39,532 nucleotides of DNA from Alloascoidea hylecoeti (taxonomy: Eukaryota). The position numbers and the translations under genes were made by a program. Within the stretch, counting starts at the first letter, position 1. Each line of letters opens with the position of its first letter. Under the pieces are notes generated by a model. The model was not told the origin of the DNA and searched no databases. It saw only the letters and a list, made by a program, of their open reading frames with translations. Below are positions 10,832-20,350 of the stretch, one piece after another. The stretch covers positions 744,001 to 783,532 of the forward strand of contig BCKZ01000007.1 of assembly GCA_001600815.1 (NCBI GenBank). The letters are read 5' to 3'.

Positions 10832-12730
10832 TTACATAATAAATTTCAAACTAGTATCAATTGGATGACAAGAACTTAACTGTGGCTTTTGTTTATACTT
10901 TTCCTTCATCAAGGTTCTCATATTATTCAATAAACTAAGATAACTTTGATTTGAATTTTTCTTCATAACAGTAAGAAAAGCGTAAGACATCGCACCAGTT
11001 GAAGCTCCATTTTCTTTTGCATCGGCACTTGTTTGATCATCCTTACAACCACTGATAAGAACAACATCAGCAGGTGACGTGTTTGTTTGTTTTGTTTTTT
11101 CATATGCTGTATTTCCAATTGTAACTGATGTTAATAAACTTGTTACATTATTTAGTATATTTTCATAATTACCAGCTGCATAATCTTGAACTGATGATAA
11201 TAAACCTTTACCAGCCTCCTCTAAAATATTTGGTTCTTTAACAAGACCTTTCGTTGAGTAAACATAAGGGATATCTAATACAGTACCCGAATGACAACTA
11301 TCAAACAAACAAGTTAATCGAACACCTGCTTGTAATGGTGAAACTAATAATTTATGTAATACATCATCGACGATTTCACCATTCTTTTCGAAATCTAATG
11401 GATAAATACATTCATCATTACCATCTTGTTCATCGCCAGATTCATCAGCAACTTGACCACCATGACCAGAATAATGGAAAAACAATGCATCATTTGGCTG
11501 AGCATCTTTAGTTAACCATTGACAACCTTTTAAGATTGTTTCTTTTGTTGGTTTAGCTTTACTATTTGAGTCATCTGTTAATATAACCATATCTTCTTCT
11601 TTGTAACCATATTTCTCCTGTAAGAATTTAGAAACATTTTGAACATCATTAATACAACCTTTTAATTCATTTTTGGTACCAATGTAGTTTATACCAATAA
11701 GTAATGCTTTTCTCTTACCCTTACAATTAGAGTATTGATAATTGTAATCATCAACTTGGTTGGAAAACTTCTGCTTACCATATGAGGGTAAACTATATTG
11801 CTGATTTGATTCATCACCACCATAAGATTGATCCTCTTGTCTACCATAACCACTTGATTGATTGTCTTGTCTTCCATAACCACTTGATTGATTGTCTTGT
11901 CTTCCATACCCACTGGATTGATTGTCTTGTCTTCCATACCCACTGGATTGATTGTCTTGTCTTCCATACCCACTGGATTGATTGTCTTGTCTCCCATAAC
12001 CACTTGATTGGGTTTCTTGCCTACCATATCCTTGATTGGAATTTCCACCATATCCACTTGATTGATTATATCTACCTTCATTAGACTCACCATAAGAAGA
12101 TTTACTCTTATGTCCGCCCCCGTAACCTCCTTGATTTGAATTATCGCCATATGAGGATTGTTGTTGACCATAACCGGAATTTTTTTTATATTTGTTATCA
12201 TCATCAGAGTCAGAACCTCTTCTACCATGGCCTTGTTGTTGACCATAACCAGAAGATCCATAAGAGTTATCCTGTCTTCCATAACTAGAGTTCTTATACT
12301 TGTTGTCATCGTCAGAATTAGAACCTCTTCTATCATGACCTTGTTGCTTACCGTAACCAGAAGATCCGTAGGAATTGTCCTTTCTTTGATGACCAGAATT
12401 CTTCTTGTATTTGTTATCAGAATCAGAATCAGAATCAGAACCTTTCCTACCATGGCCGTAAGAAGATTGTTGTTGTTGACCATAGCCGGAAGATCCATAA
12501 GAATCACTTTGTCTTCCGTAACTACCACCATAAGATGATTGTTCATTTGCTCTACCACTGCCATATTCATCATTACGGCGGTTGTATGGAGAACCAGAAG
12601 GCCGGCTATATTCGTTGTCGTCGTCATTACCACGTGCGGAACGTCCTGGTGGCGGACCTGAAGGAGGAGGAGCACTTGGACGATGGTAATCATCATCACC
12701 ACGGTCACGATCACGACCAAAACCAAACAT
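10832..12730 (-). CDS. MCA1: Type I metacaspase with a very long G/S/Y/Q/D-rich repetitive N-terminus (632 aa)
   Basis: YSNCKGKRKALLIGINY, LKGCINDV, catalytic His in FHYSGHG, catalytic Cys in FDSCHSG, SGCKDDQTSAD and QKPQLSSCHPID. Confidence 0.95.
   Translation of the reverse strand: MFGFGRDRDRGDDDYHRPSAPPPSGPPPGRSARGNDDDNEYSRPSGSPYNRRNDEYGSGRANEQSSYGGSYGRQSDSYGSSGYGQQQQSSYGHGRKGSDSDSDSDNKYKKNSGHQRKDNSYGSSGYGKQQGHDRRGSNSDDDNKYKNSSYGRQDNSYGSSGYGQQQGHGRRGSDSDDDNKYKKNSGYGQQQSSYGDNSNQGGYGGGHKSKSSYGESNEGRYNQSSGYGGNSNQGYGRQETQSSGYGRQDNQSSGYGRQDNQSSGYGRQDNQSSGYGRQDNQSSGYGRQDNQSSGYGRQEDQSYGGDESNQQYSLPSYGKQKFSNQVDDYNYQYSNCKGKRKALLIGINYIGTKNELKGCINDVQNVSKFLQEKYGYKEEDMVILTDDSNSKAKPTKETILKGCQWLTKDAQPNDALFFHYSGHGGQVADESGDEQDGNDECIYPLDFEKNGEIVDDVLHKLLVSPLQAGVRLTCLFDSCHSGTVLDIPYVYSTKGLVKEPNILEEAGKGLLSSVQDYAAGNYENILNNVTSLLTSVTIGNTAYEKTKQTNTSPADVVLISGCKDDQTSADAKENGASTGAMSYAFLTVMKKNSNQSYLSLLNNMRTLMKEKYKQKPQLSSCHPIDTSLKFIM
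11831..12010 (-). repeat. 30-bp coding minisatellite, 6 units (QSSGYGRQDN x5 plus QSSGYGRQED)
   Basis: Units such as ATTGTCTTGTCTTCCATACCCACTGGATTG at an exact 30-bp period, with a degenerate seventh unit at 12011-12040. Confidence 0.97.
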
Positions 12731-13582
12731 TATTGCTAATGGATATTATATATTGACGTTAAAGGGTCAATTGCAAAGAAAGATGAAATAAAAGGGGGAA
12801 AGAAGGAAAGAAGAATGGAAGAAAAGGAAAGATCATCCGTTGAATTGCAGATCACGGGTATTAATTACAAAAATGGGGCTTAGTTCTAGAGCTTACGTGT
12901 TACATATTAATCAATGGCATTGCATTACAGTGAAATATCGCGCAGAACTACGGAATGAGATCGTTGCTTCAGACTAAATATATTCGTAAATAATTCCGAA
13001 GCCCTTCGCTAGGTAATTACCATATCATTACTGTATTAGTCGATTGACTTTTTGGCGCAACTGGAAGAACAGGCACTTTGAACTTCCTAGATATAAGATC
13101 TTAAATGTAGTTGTTTCTTTCCTGTTTATAAATCTATAAACTTTAAACCTTTTTCTTAGTTCGGCACACATAAAAATTTGGTTTTTCTGCCTACCGGTAA
13201 GTATCAATCACAGCGATATTGATTAGTGAATCAAATTGCATGCTACCGGTATTGGTTTACAAGTCTATCTATGTCTTGTCAATCCATACCCAGTGGATTC
13301 ATGATCAGGCATAAGTTATAAGATGGAAAAAAATAATAACAATTCCAAAAAAAATGCGATAAAGTATTAAGTATTAAAAAAAAAAGCAAATTATTAAACA
13401 ATTATACAGTATATATTTTATAAGTCATATCATAACATTTTGCAATTTCCAATTTATTCTTTTAAAGTTCATCAAATGTAAAGGTTTTTATACACGTTTA
13501 ATGTGCGCACGTCATATGTATGTCATAAGTATCTGATCCCTTTGTTGATATTATCTTAGGGAAACATTACTTTGGTTTGTAA

Positions 13583-14437
13583 TTACCAACAAGAATAACC
13601 TCCATCAACTCTAAGATCATTACCAGTCATATAAGAGGAAGCTTCACTGGCCATAAATAGTAAAGGTCCAACGAATTCACTTGGTGAAGCCATTCTATTC
13701 ATTGGAATTTTAGCTTCCCAAGTTTCTTTAATGCCAGGTTTTTCATCAAAAATCCTTTGAGTTAAAGGAGTTAAAATGTAACCAGGGGATAAGGTATTAA
13801 CACGAATACCTTTTGTTGCCCATTCACAAGCTAAAGATTTTGCCAAATGGATAACTCCAGCTTTTGACATATTATAGGCACATTGTGGTTGTGGTGTATT
13901 TACAATACTACCTGACATTGAAGCAATTAAACAGATTGAACCTTTAATACCAGCTTCAATTAAAGGCCTTGCAACGGCTCTTGAAAAATATAATGAACCC
14001 ATTAAATTTGTTTGAATTAATCTTTCGGCTTTAACAGCAGGATATTCTAAAGCAGGAATGTTTTCACAAAAGCCAGCAGTGTGAACTAAAACAGTTGCTA
14101 ATTTATGATGATAATGATTAATTTGTGTAACTGTTTCTTCAACCAAGTCGGAATTACCGACATCTCCAAACCAAGCACTGACCTCAGGTTGAGGAGTGCC
14201 AACGGGATTAGTTGATTTGAACCACTTTCTTAATTCTTCGGCGGATTCTTCTGTTCTCTTTTCTTCATAATCGACAAGAGCGATTTCAGAGCCTTGGAGT
14301 AAGAAAGCACGGGCTATAACTGAGCCAACACCACCAGACCCACCGGTGATGATTGTAAGTTTACCGTTGAGAGCGAAGGATGGAACAAGAGAATTCTCAA
14401 CCGCGGCGGGAGAAGATGTAACTGGGATAGGGGCCAT
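13583..14437 (-). CDS. ARD1: D-arabinitol 2-dehydrogenase (ribulose-forming), SDR family (284 aa)
   Basis: VPSFALNGKLTIITGGSGG, catalytic YNMSK within PQPQCAYNMSKAGVIHLAKSLACEWA, RVNTLSPGYILTPLT and C-terminal VDGGYSCW closely follow Candida-type ARD as I recall it. Confidence 0.88.
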   Translation of the reverse strand: MAPIPVTSSPAAVENSLVPSFALNGKLTIITGGSGGVGSVIARAFLLQGSEIALVDYEEKRTEESAEELRKWFKSTNPVGTPQPEVSAWFGDVGNSDLVEETVTQINHYHHKLATVLVHTAGFCENIPALEYPAVKAERLIQTNLMGSLYFSRAVARPLIEAGIKGSICLIASMSGSIVNTPQPQCAYNMSKAGVIHLAKSLACEWATKGIRVNTLSPGYILTPLTQRIFDEKPGIKETWEAKIPMNRMASPSEFVGPLLFMASEASSYMTGNDLRVDGGYSCW

Positions 14438-16739
14438 TATTAAGGAGGCAGGGACTATGTTTTAGTGGGGGATAATGTGGAGTTGGAATATTAAAAGAAA
14501 AGAAGAGAAAACGTGGAAGATGGGCATTTTTATAGTGAGATATACCGCTAATCTAGTAACGTTGTTTTTCAAAGTTACGTTACCAAATTTGGAGTTGTTA
14601 CCGTCAATTTCTTAACACAACCTAGACAAATCCGTGCAAAATGGAAAAAAAAAAACCAAAAAGGTAAAATCGGAAAAATAGGATCATCTTTTGTGGTCTT
14701 TTGTGGCAACGCTAACACGAAAATCAAGCTTGAAGTCATTTCTGAAATTTATCCTTAACTATTCTGTGCTAATATTAAAACTTTTTTTCGCCTCTAACAT
14801 ATAAGTTATATATCAAAATACCTATTCCTTAATATTTAACTATATATTAGTGTTAACGTGGTGTAACTGCTACAAAAACTGTATTATTACTTGAACACAA
14901 ACAGGGACTAACGTTAACAGTAGAAATCGAATGATAACTACTTGTATATTAAGTACACCCCAATCTGTCATAAAGGAGGCGTTTTAATCAGATCTCAAAT
15001 ATAAGCATAACTTCAAATATCCATTTTATATAAGGCTTATATTGTTATTTATTCAAATTTTTTTTTATTAAACTTAGATTCTTTGGGTGGGTAGATTTCT
15101 TGAAATATCTTAGATAGAACACTTTTTTTGAATTTCAAGTGCGAAAAAATCCATGACTGACAATTTCTGATTAATGCGCGCACGGATCCAAGTCCCCATC
15201 TGATGATCTCGAGCTTTGAAGTGTGAATCACCAACGGTAGTTGAAGAATATTTCCTTCAAAAAAAAAAAATACGAACAAGTCATTTAAGCTATGTCATGC
15301 AACCAGCTTATATCATCCAAAACACACTTGAAACTAACCTGAAAGATTATAATTAGTTCCATTCTAAATGACTGACCATATGCCCTTGAAACGTCAACAA
15401 GCTTGAAGGCCTTGGTGATCATTTAATCTGAAATGTCGGCAACTTTTCTCTCCTATAGCTATGAATATCTGATTTCAGTTAATATTGTTATGTTAATTAT
15501 ATTTCAGAATTTAAGAAGGTAAATATATATAAGTGGAAGTAGTTAACTATGTAGTATGTACCCCATGGTATAAGATGCAGGCCATTGTATCTTGAATAAA
15601 GAACATGGTCTAGCCATAGATATTCCCCATTTAATAATTCTTGTTATAGGGGTATATGCTTTTCAAAATGGTTCTTTATAATCTTCAAATATCAAAAATT
15701 GATCGTAATGAAATGATGATACAACTTGACACGTAATGGTTACATAAGCAAGTATCATTTCGAAACACACTGCGGTGGGAAATGGCCATTCGAATGTAGG
15801 AGCAACAAATTTAATTGAATTAATATTATCTTCTTTCCAAATTAGATATAAATTAATTAAACGTCATTAGTTACCTGAAAAGAATATTATAAGTTAAAAC
15901 GTTGCTGCTAATATTGATTATTCAATTTTTAGTTAATATTAATAATTCTATAATTCTAATATCATTTCTGTTCTTTCAGGGCCAAAATTTTGTACCATTA
16001 TTAATATTACAATCCAAAACTTATATAAACAGTGTTCGACCTTGGCTTCTACTAACCTTTAAATTTGGATAGTTCTAATTATAGATGTGAGAGGTTCCAA
16101 ATTTTGCTTCTGTTCGGTTCAATTGAACTTAACTTAATAAGTATAGTAATTATGGTCGCCATTGACTCACCAATGTAATTAATCAGTATCGTTCTCAATT
16201 GAGTATACAAGGTATTTGTCAACTATTTGGTAAAGTCAAATACGGATATCCTGGTATATAGTTCATATCTAACTGATTATAGATTTGGTCTTACTTGTAA
16301 TAGGATAAAGAGACTTTTAATGCGTGTGCTTTCGGTACATGATGGAAAGTTGGCAACGGCTCTTTTCAAACATAATATATATGGATAAAAGAAATAATTA
16401 TAAGTATAAATATACTTATTACTTACGTATACTCATATCTACCAATTATGAATTCAATGGAAAAATGAATTAAAAAAATGCTCGTAAGAATTATATAATA
16501 TTTTGATATTTAAATACTGTATTGACAAAGAATTCGAATTTATTATTATTTAGGAACAATTTCTAGTCACTGAATTTCAATTGGCTGAGTATACTTTGGC
16601 TGATTATAGGATTTTATGAACTAGGAATATTGATATTCTCCGATTTAAGGGATAATATATATATTGACCATATAAACTTTATATATAATTAACACCAATA
16701 AGGAAGAATATGTCTACTAACTAGCTAGTATCAAACTTT

Positions 16740-16882
16740 ACAATAATGCTGTTGTGTTCCTCTACCTTGAGCTCCTGGCAAACAAGATTGGGAGAACAAA
16801 CAAAAACCAAACAAGGTTCATTATCTTTACAGAGGAACACAACATATTGTGCATAATGATTAAATTTTGGTCCCCCTAGACC
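16740..16882 (+). other. Long imperfect stem-loop followed by an Sm-like site (ncRNA candidate or small MITE)
   Basis: Perfect 14-bp inverted repeat at 16750-16763/16831-16844, outer ACAATA/TATTGT, inner ACCTTG/CAAGGT and CTCCTGG/TTGGGAG, then AATTTTGG at 16863-16870. The hairpin is seen directly; the function is not. Confidence 0.45.
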
Positions 16883-17519
16883 TATTATAACTTAACTTAA
16901 AGCGTACACGTGCACTAGTGCTGAGGACCTAATGTAAATTCTATTTTGGATTCTGATCCTAGGATTTTGATTAATTACAATTGAAGATAATGGTGACAAG
17001 GATCTAAGCCAATTAATTAGGAAATTAAATGTTACTATAAATAAACTTTCATGCATCGCGCAATTGATATCAAAATACAAGTATAAAAACCATAAATGAT
17101 CTGCGCAGATCTCACTTGTAACTTTAGAAATTTTAACTTCAAGATAGATTTATATATTTATTCCAAACTTTTTGATGATTCTCATTATTATCGAATGTAA
17201 ATACAACATAATTAATATTCAAGACATAAGTCTGAATATATATTTCACAATTGTGCTTATTGCAATGCAACTGCGAACATTATTTCAATTGCCAATAGAT
17301 ATTAGATATGCACTAAATAAGCATGTTACCACGATCTAGGTTTCACACTTTAATTTAAAGGCAATGGCCATCAAGGCATCCGTTTTAGGAAAACAAGTTT
17401 AATCTTATATGAATCCTCCAGTATTAAAGCGATAAGTTATATAAATTCCATTAACAGACCAAAAAATTGGACTGAAACATGTTCCACCACAATCAGAAAA
17501 CTATAATTATAATAAATAT

Positions 17520-17551
17520 TGAGCCTTCGGGCCTTCGGGCCTATGGGCTCA
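17520..17551. repeat. GC-rich hairpin with a C(TTCG)G tetraloop
   Basis: TGAGCC (17520-25) pairs with GGCTCA (17546-51), with inner GGCC-TTCG-GGCC at 17530-41. Built from 8-mer units GCCTTCGG x2 plus GCCTATGG. Confidence 0.7.
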
Positions 17552-18419
17552 GGAGTTCAAATGAAATTGATTTCCTTTTGATATCTCAAATGATACCGCA
17601 TCAGTCTGTTATCATTGGCATTTGGTATTATGAATAGCGGTCTGTTTTGATGATCGACTTCATGCGTCTACAAGCTTATAATTAAGCTTATAATTATATA
17701 ATCAATTAAGTAAAACATAATAATATTTATGCGTAGAACATCTAATGCATGAATTTGAATAATATTTTTAATATTTTCAGGAGAGATTTTACCCGAATTA
17801 TGATAAGGGCCACTGGAAGAATTATTTGCCTGAAACGGACAGAACCAATATTATTTAATTATCTTACCAGTTATATTAGATTTAGAAATTGAAATTGGTT
17901 TGTTATCGGAAAAACTACATGTAAGCTATTAATTAATTATAAGAAGTTCGTTAAGCAGTCGTTTCGCATGTTTTCTTGAAACAAACCCACAAAAGATAAT
18001 GAATAAGGTATATTTTTGTTTACGGGGGTTTCTGAATGGAGAATTATCGAAGACGGATTCAATTGAGAGATTTATCTGCTTTGGAATTATTGTCGGAATA
18101 TTTTTCAGTAAATATAAAGATTTGGGTATAGGTATGGAACATTGCAATGAAGGGCATGCATAAGTGTGGGGCTAAGCCTTACTGGACCTGACGTTTGTGC
18201 AATAATTATATTATTTACGAGTTAATCCAGGAGTGCAAAAATAGAAGGTCTCAATTGCAGGGTGTTTGATTACGGGACTGGCATTGATTGGACAATCGGT
18301 GTCGTGAATTACAAAAGTTGGCCTTTTTGAGGCTGTACCATGCAGAATCGAGTGCTAAAATTTTTCCTCGAGGCAAACAATGGCAACTAGGCTGCAGGAT
18401 GGTTCAGTGGAATTTTTCC

Positions 18420-18449
18420 AGGGGAATTCATAATAATCACAGGGGAATT
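18420..18449 (+). promoter_or_regulatory. Tandem STRE-like AGGGG elements upstream of the SWIRM gene
   Basis: AGGGGAATT occurs twice (18420 and 18441) about 460 bp upstream of the ATG at 18893, with TATAAA near 18734 followed by a pyrimidine tract. Confidence 0.35.
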
Positions 18450-18892
18450 TCAAGAAGAAGCACTAGAAGACACAGAGAAACATGCCGAATGAGTCAAGAT
18501 ACACCTCTCCGGAACAACTAGACACTGTGTAGTATGGCCATGCAGTGTTCTGTGCATCTTCCATGCGTTGGCAGCTGCACAGAAAATTTAAGCGCAGAAG
18601 AGGGCTATCACTCGACGTGCATGTGCATATGCATATACAGGCTTTAGCGTATGAAAAATATTCTGCTTCAACTTAAACTTGCGATGAGTTGTGTGCGAAG
18701 AATATGCAGAAACACTTTACATGTCTGATCTCATATAAATCTTCCATGTCCCTGTCTTTTTCTCTTTCTACTTTTTCATCTTCCTTATTCTCATCCATTT
18801 TCACTTCTCCTGTATAATTATAATACTACTGTACAATTATTATTACTGTTGTACAACTATTATTAGCTGTTATTTATATTTATATCCAAATA

Positions 18893-20350
18893 ATGTCAAC
18901 CTCATTTCGCCAAATCAGAACATTATCAAATTCTTCTAAATCGCCTCAGGATAAACCTCCAGTGTCTTCTTCGCGGTCTCCTAATAAGGTCTCTCTACCT
19001 TCCTTTGATGATATGCTACGTCAGCTGGCAAATTCCCAGAATACTACTAAAGAAAAGGTACCAGAATCTACCAGTTCAAATAGCTCAATAGCTTCTATGC
19101 CTTCACCACCCTTGTCTCCGTATAACTGTGATGATAAGTTATATACTTCTTCTTCGGCCCCACAGAGATCTCTTATAAACTCAGCTCCTAACCATCCAAT
19201 AAGAGGCGCTATTTTATTAACAACTCCAACTTCCTCAACAGAAGGTTTAGACACAAATGCCCAGAAAAGATCGATCGATGTTCTATATGATCAGTCTCAT
19301 TCTTCTTCCTCTATATCAGCCGGTTCTGCCTTCAAAAAGCAAAGAAACGATCTTCCAAATAGCTCAATCTTAGGAACAAAGAGCACAAAGTTGGGAGACG
19401 GCAAAGCGCTACCTAATTATCCAATTAACAATCATAAACATAAGGCTTTAACAATATCTGCTTGGTCAGCATTGCAAAAAAATCCTTCTTCATTTAAGAG
19501 AAATCAAATGGATATTCTTAATCTGTATAATGAGCAAGCAAGAAAAGAAAAAGAAATCGTTCCAGTCTCGGCGCTTCCAATGATACAGTTCCCTTCACAA
19601 CCAATTGCCTCAGGTTCAAAAATTCATTCCAGATCACCTTCTATGTCACCAATAAGATCTAAATCTTATTCTCAGGGGATACATTTACCAGGAGTTGCCG
19701 CTTTAGACGCTCATATCAGAACAAGTTCTCCAAGATTTCAAAATATCGCTTCCAACCACAATACTGGATATCCTATTAGAAATGATGCTTTACCGCTGCC
19801 GAGTTTTCCCGGCCCAATTGCAACACATATACAACAAACTCCTATTAGGCCAATGCCAAATGGATATGTTAGAGCCCAACAACAAATTGCTATGGGCAGC
19901 GTCGTTCCGGGAAGAAGACGTTCACCTGGATTCTCACCTCCTGTAAGGCCATCGTCATCAAACTCCGGAGTGGCGCAAGTACATGATGCTGCATACTCAG
20001 AATTGGAAGATTTTGCTCCACCGATATCAACACTACCCAATAATAACATTTGTCTTGAGACTGAATGGAAGGGACAGCCAATGGACTTAACGTTTGACTC
20101 ACTGATTCATTTATTGCACCCTGCTGAAGTTGTGCTAGCATCAACCTTACGTCTACATTGTGATATTTATCTCGATAGTAAGAAACGATTCTTTGCCGAA
20201 AAGGTCAGAAAACTTAGAGCAGGTTTACAATTCAGAAGAACTGATGCACAAAAGGCGTGTAGAATTGATGTTAACAAAGCATCCAGGTTATATGCTGCTT
20301 ATGAGAAAGTTGGCTGGTTACATGATTCTAATTTCCAAAGGTTTTTATAA
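18893..20350 (+). CDS. SWIRM-domain protein, FUN19/YOR338W-like (485 aa)
   Basis: Low-complexity S/P-rich N-terminus. C-terminal WKGQPMDL..LHPAEVVLASTLRL..YLDSKKRFF..FRRTDAQKACRIDVNKASRLYAAYEKVGWL is the fungal SWIRM signature. Confidence 0.92.
   Translation: MSTSFRQIRTLSNSSKSPQDKPPVSSSRSPNKVSLPSFDDMLRQLANSQNTTKEKVPESTSSNSSIASMPSPPLSPYNCDDKLYTSSSAPQRSLINSAPNHPIRGAILLTTPTSSTEGLDTNAQKRSIDVLYDQSHSSSSISAGSAFKKQRNDLPNSSILGTKSTKLGDGKALPNYPINNHKHKALTISAWSALQKNPSSFKRNQMDILNLYNEQARKEKEIVPVSALPMIQFPSQPIASGSKIHSRSPSMSPIRSKSYSQGIHLPGVAALDAHIRTSSPRFQNIASNHNTGYPIRNDALPLPSFPGPIATHIQQTPIRPMPNGYVRAQQQIAMGSVVPGRRRSPGFSPPVRPSSSNSGVAQVHDAAYSELEDFAPPISTLPNNNICLETEWKGQPMDLTFDSLIHLLHPAEVVLASTLRLHCDIYLDSKKRFFAEKVRKLRAGLQFRRTDAQKACRIDVNKASRLYAAYEKVGWLHDSNFQRFL

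Noticed and set aside
11831..12010. CRISPR-like periodic repeat
   Set aside because: Head-to-tail units with no spacers, in frame within a eukaryotic CDS.
11689..12726. 345-aa alternate-frame ORF overlapping the metacaspase N-terminus
   Set aside because: Shadow frame expected from the biased codons of a repetitive region; M/V/I-rich with no recognisable motif.
16560..16655. Fifth copy of the GGCCGAA MITE (CACTGAATTTCAATTGGCTGA...)
   Set aside because: Only fragmentary similarity, and no convincing paired arms by eye.
17672..17695. AAGCTTATAATT direct tandem duplication
   Set aside because: Simple 12-bp slippage duplication in AT-rich DNA with no associated structure.
18288..18521. 77-aa ORF upstream of the SWIRM gene and similar short ORFs (285-518, 2871-3089, 23584-23781, 31579-31848)
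   Set aside because: Non-ATG starts, short, no recognisable motifs; consistent with chance ORFs in promoter or intergenic DNA.
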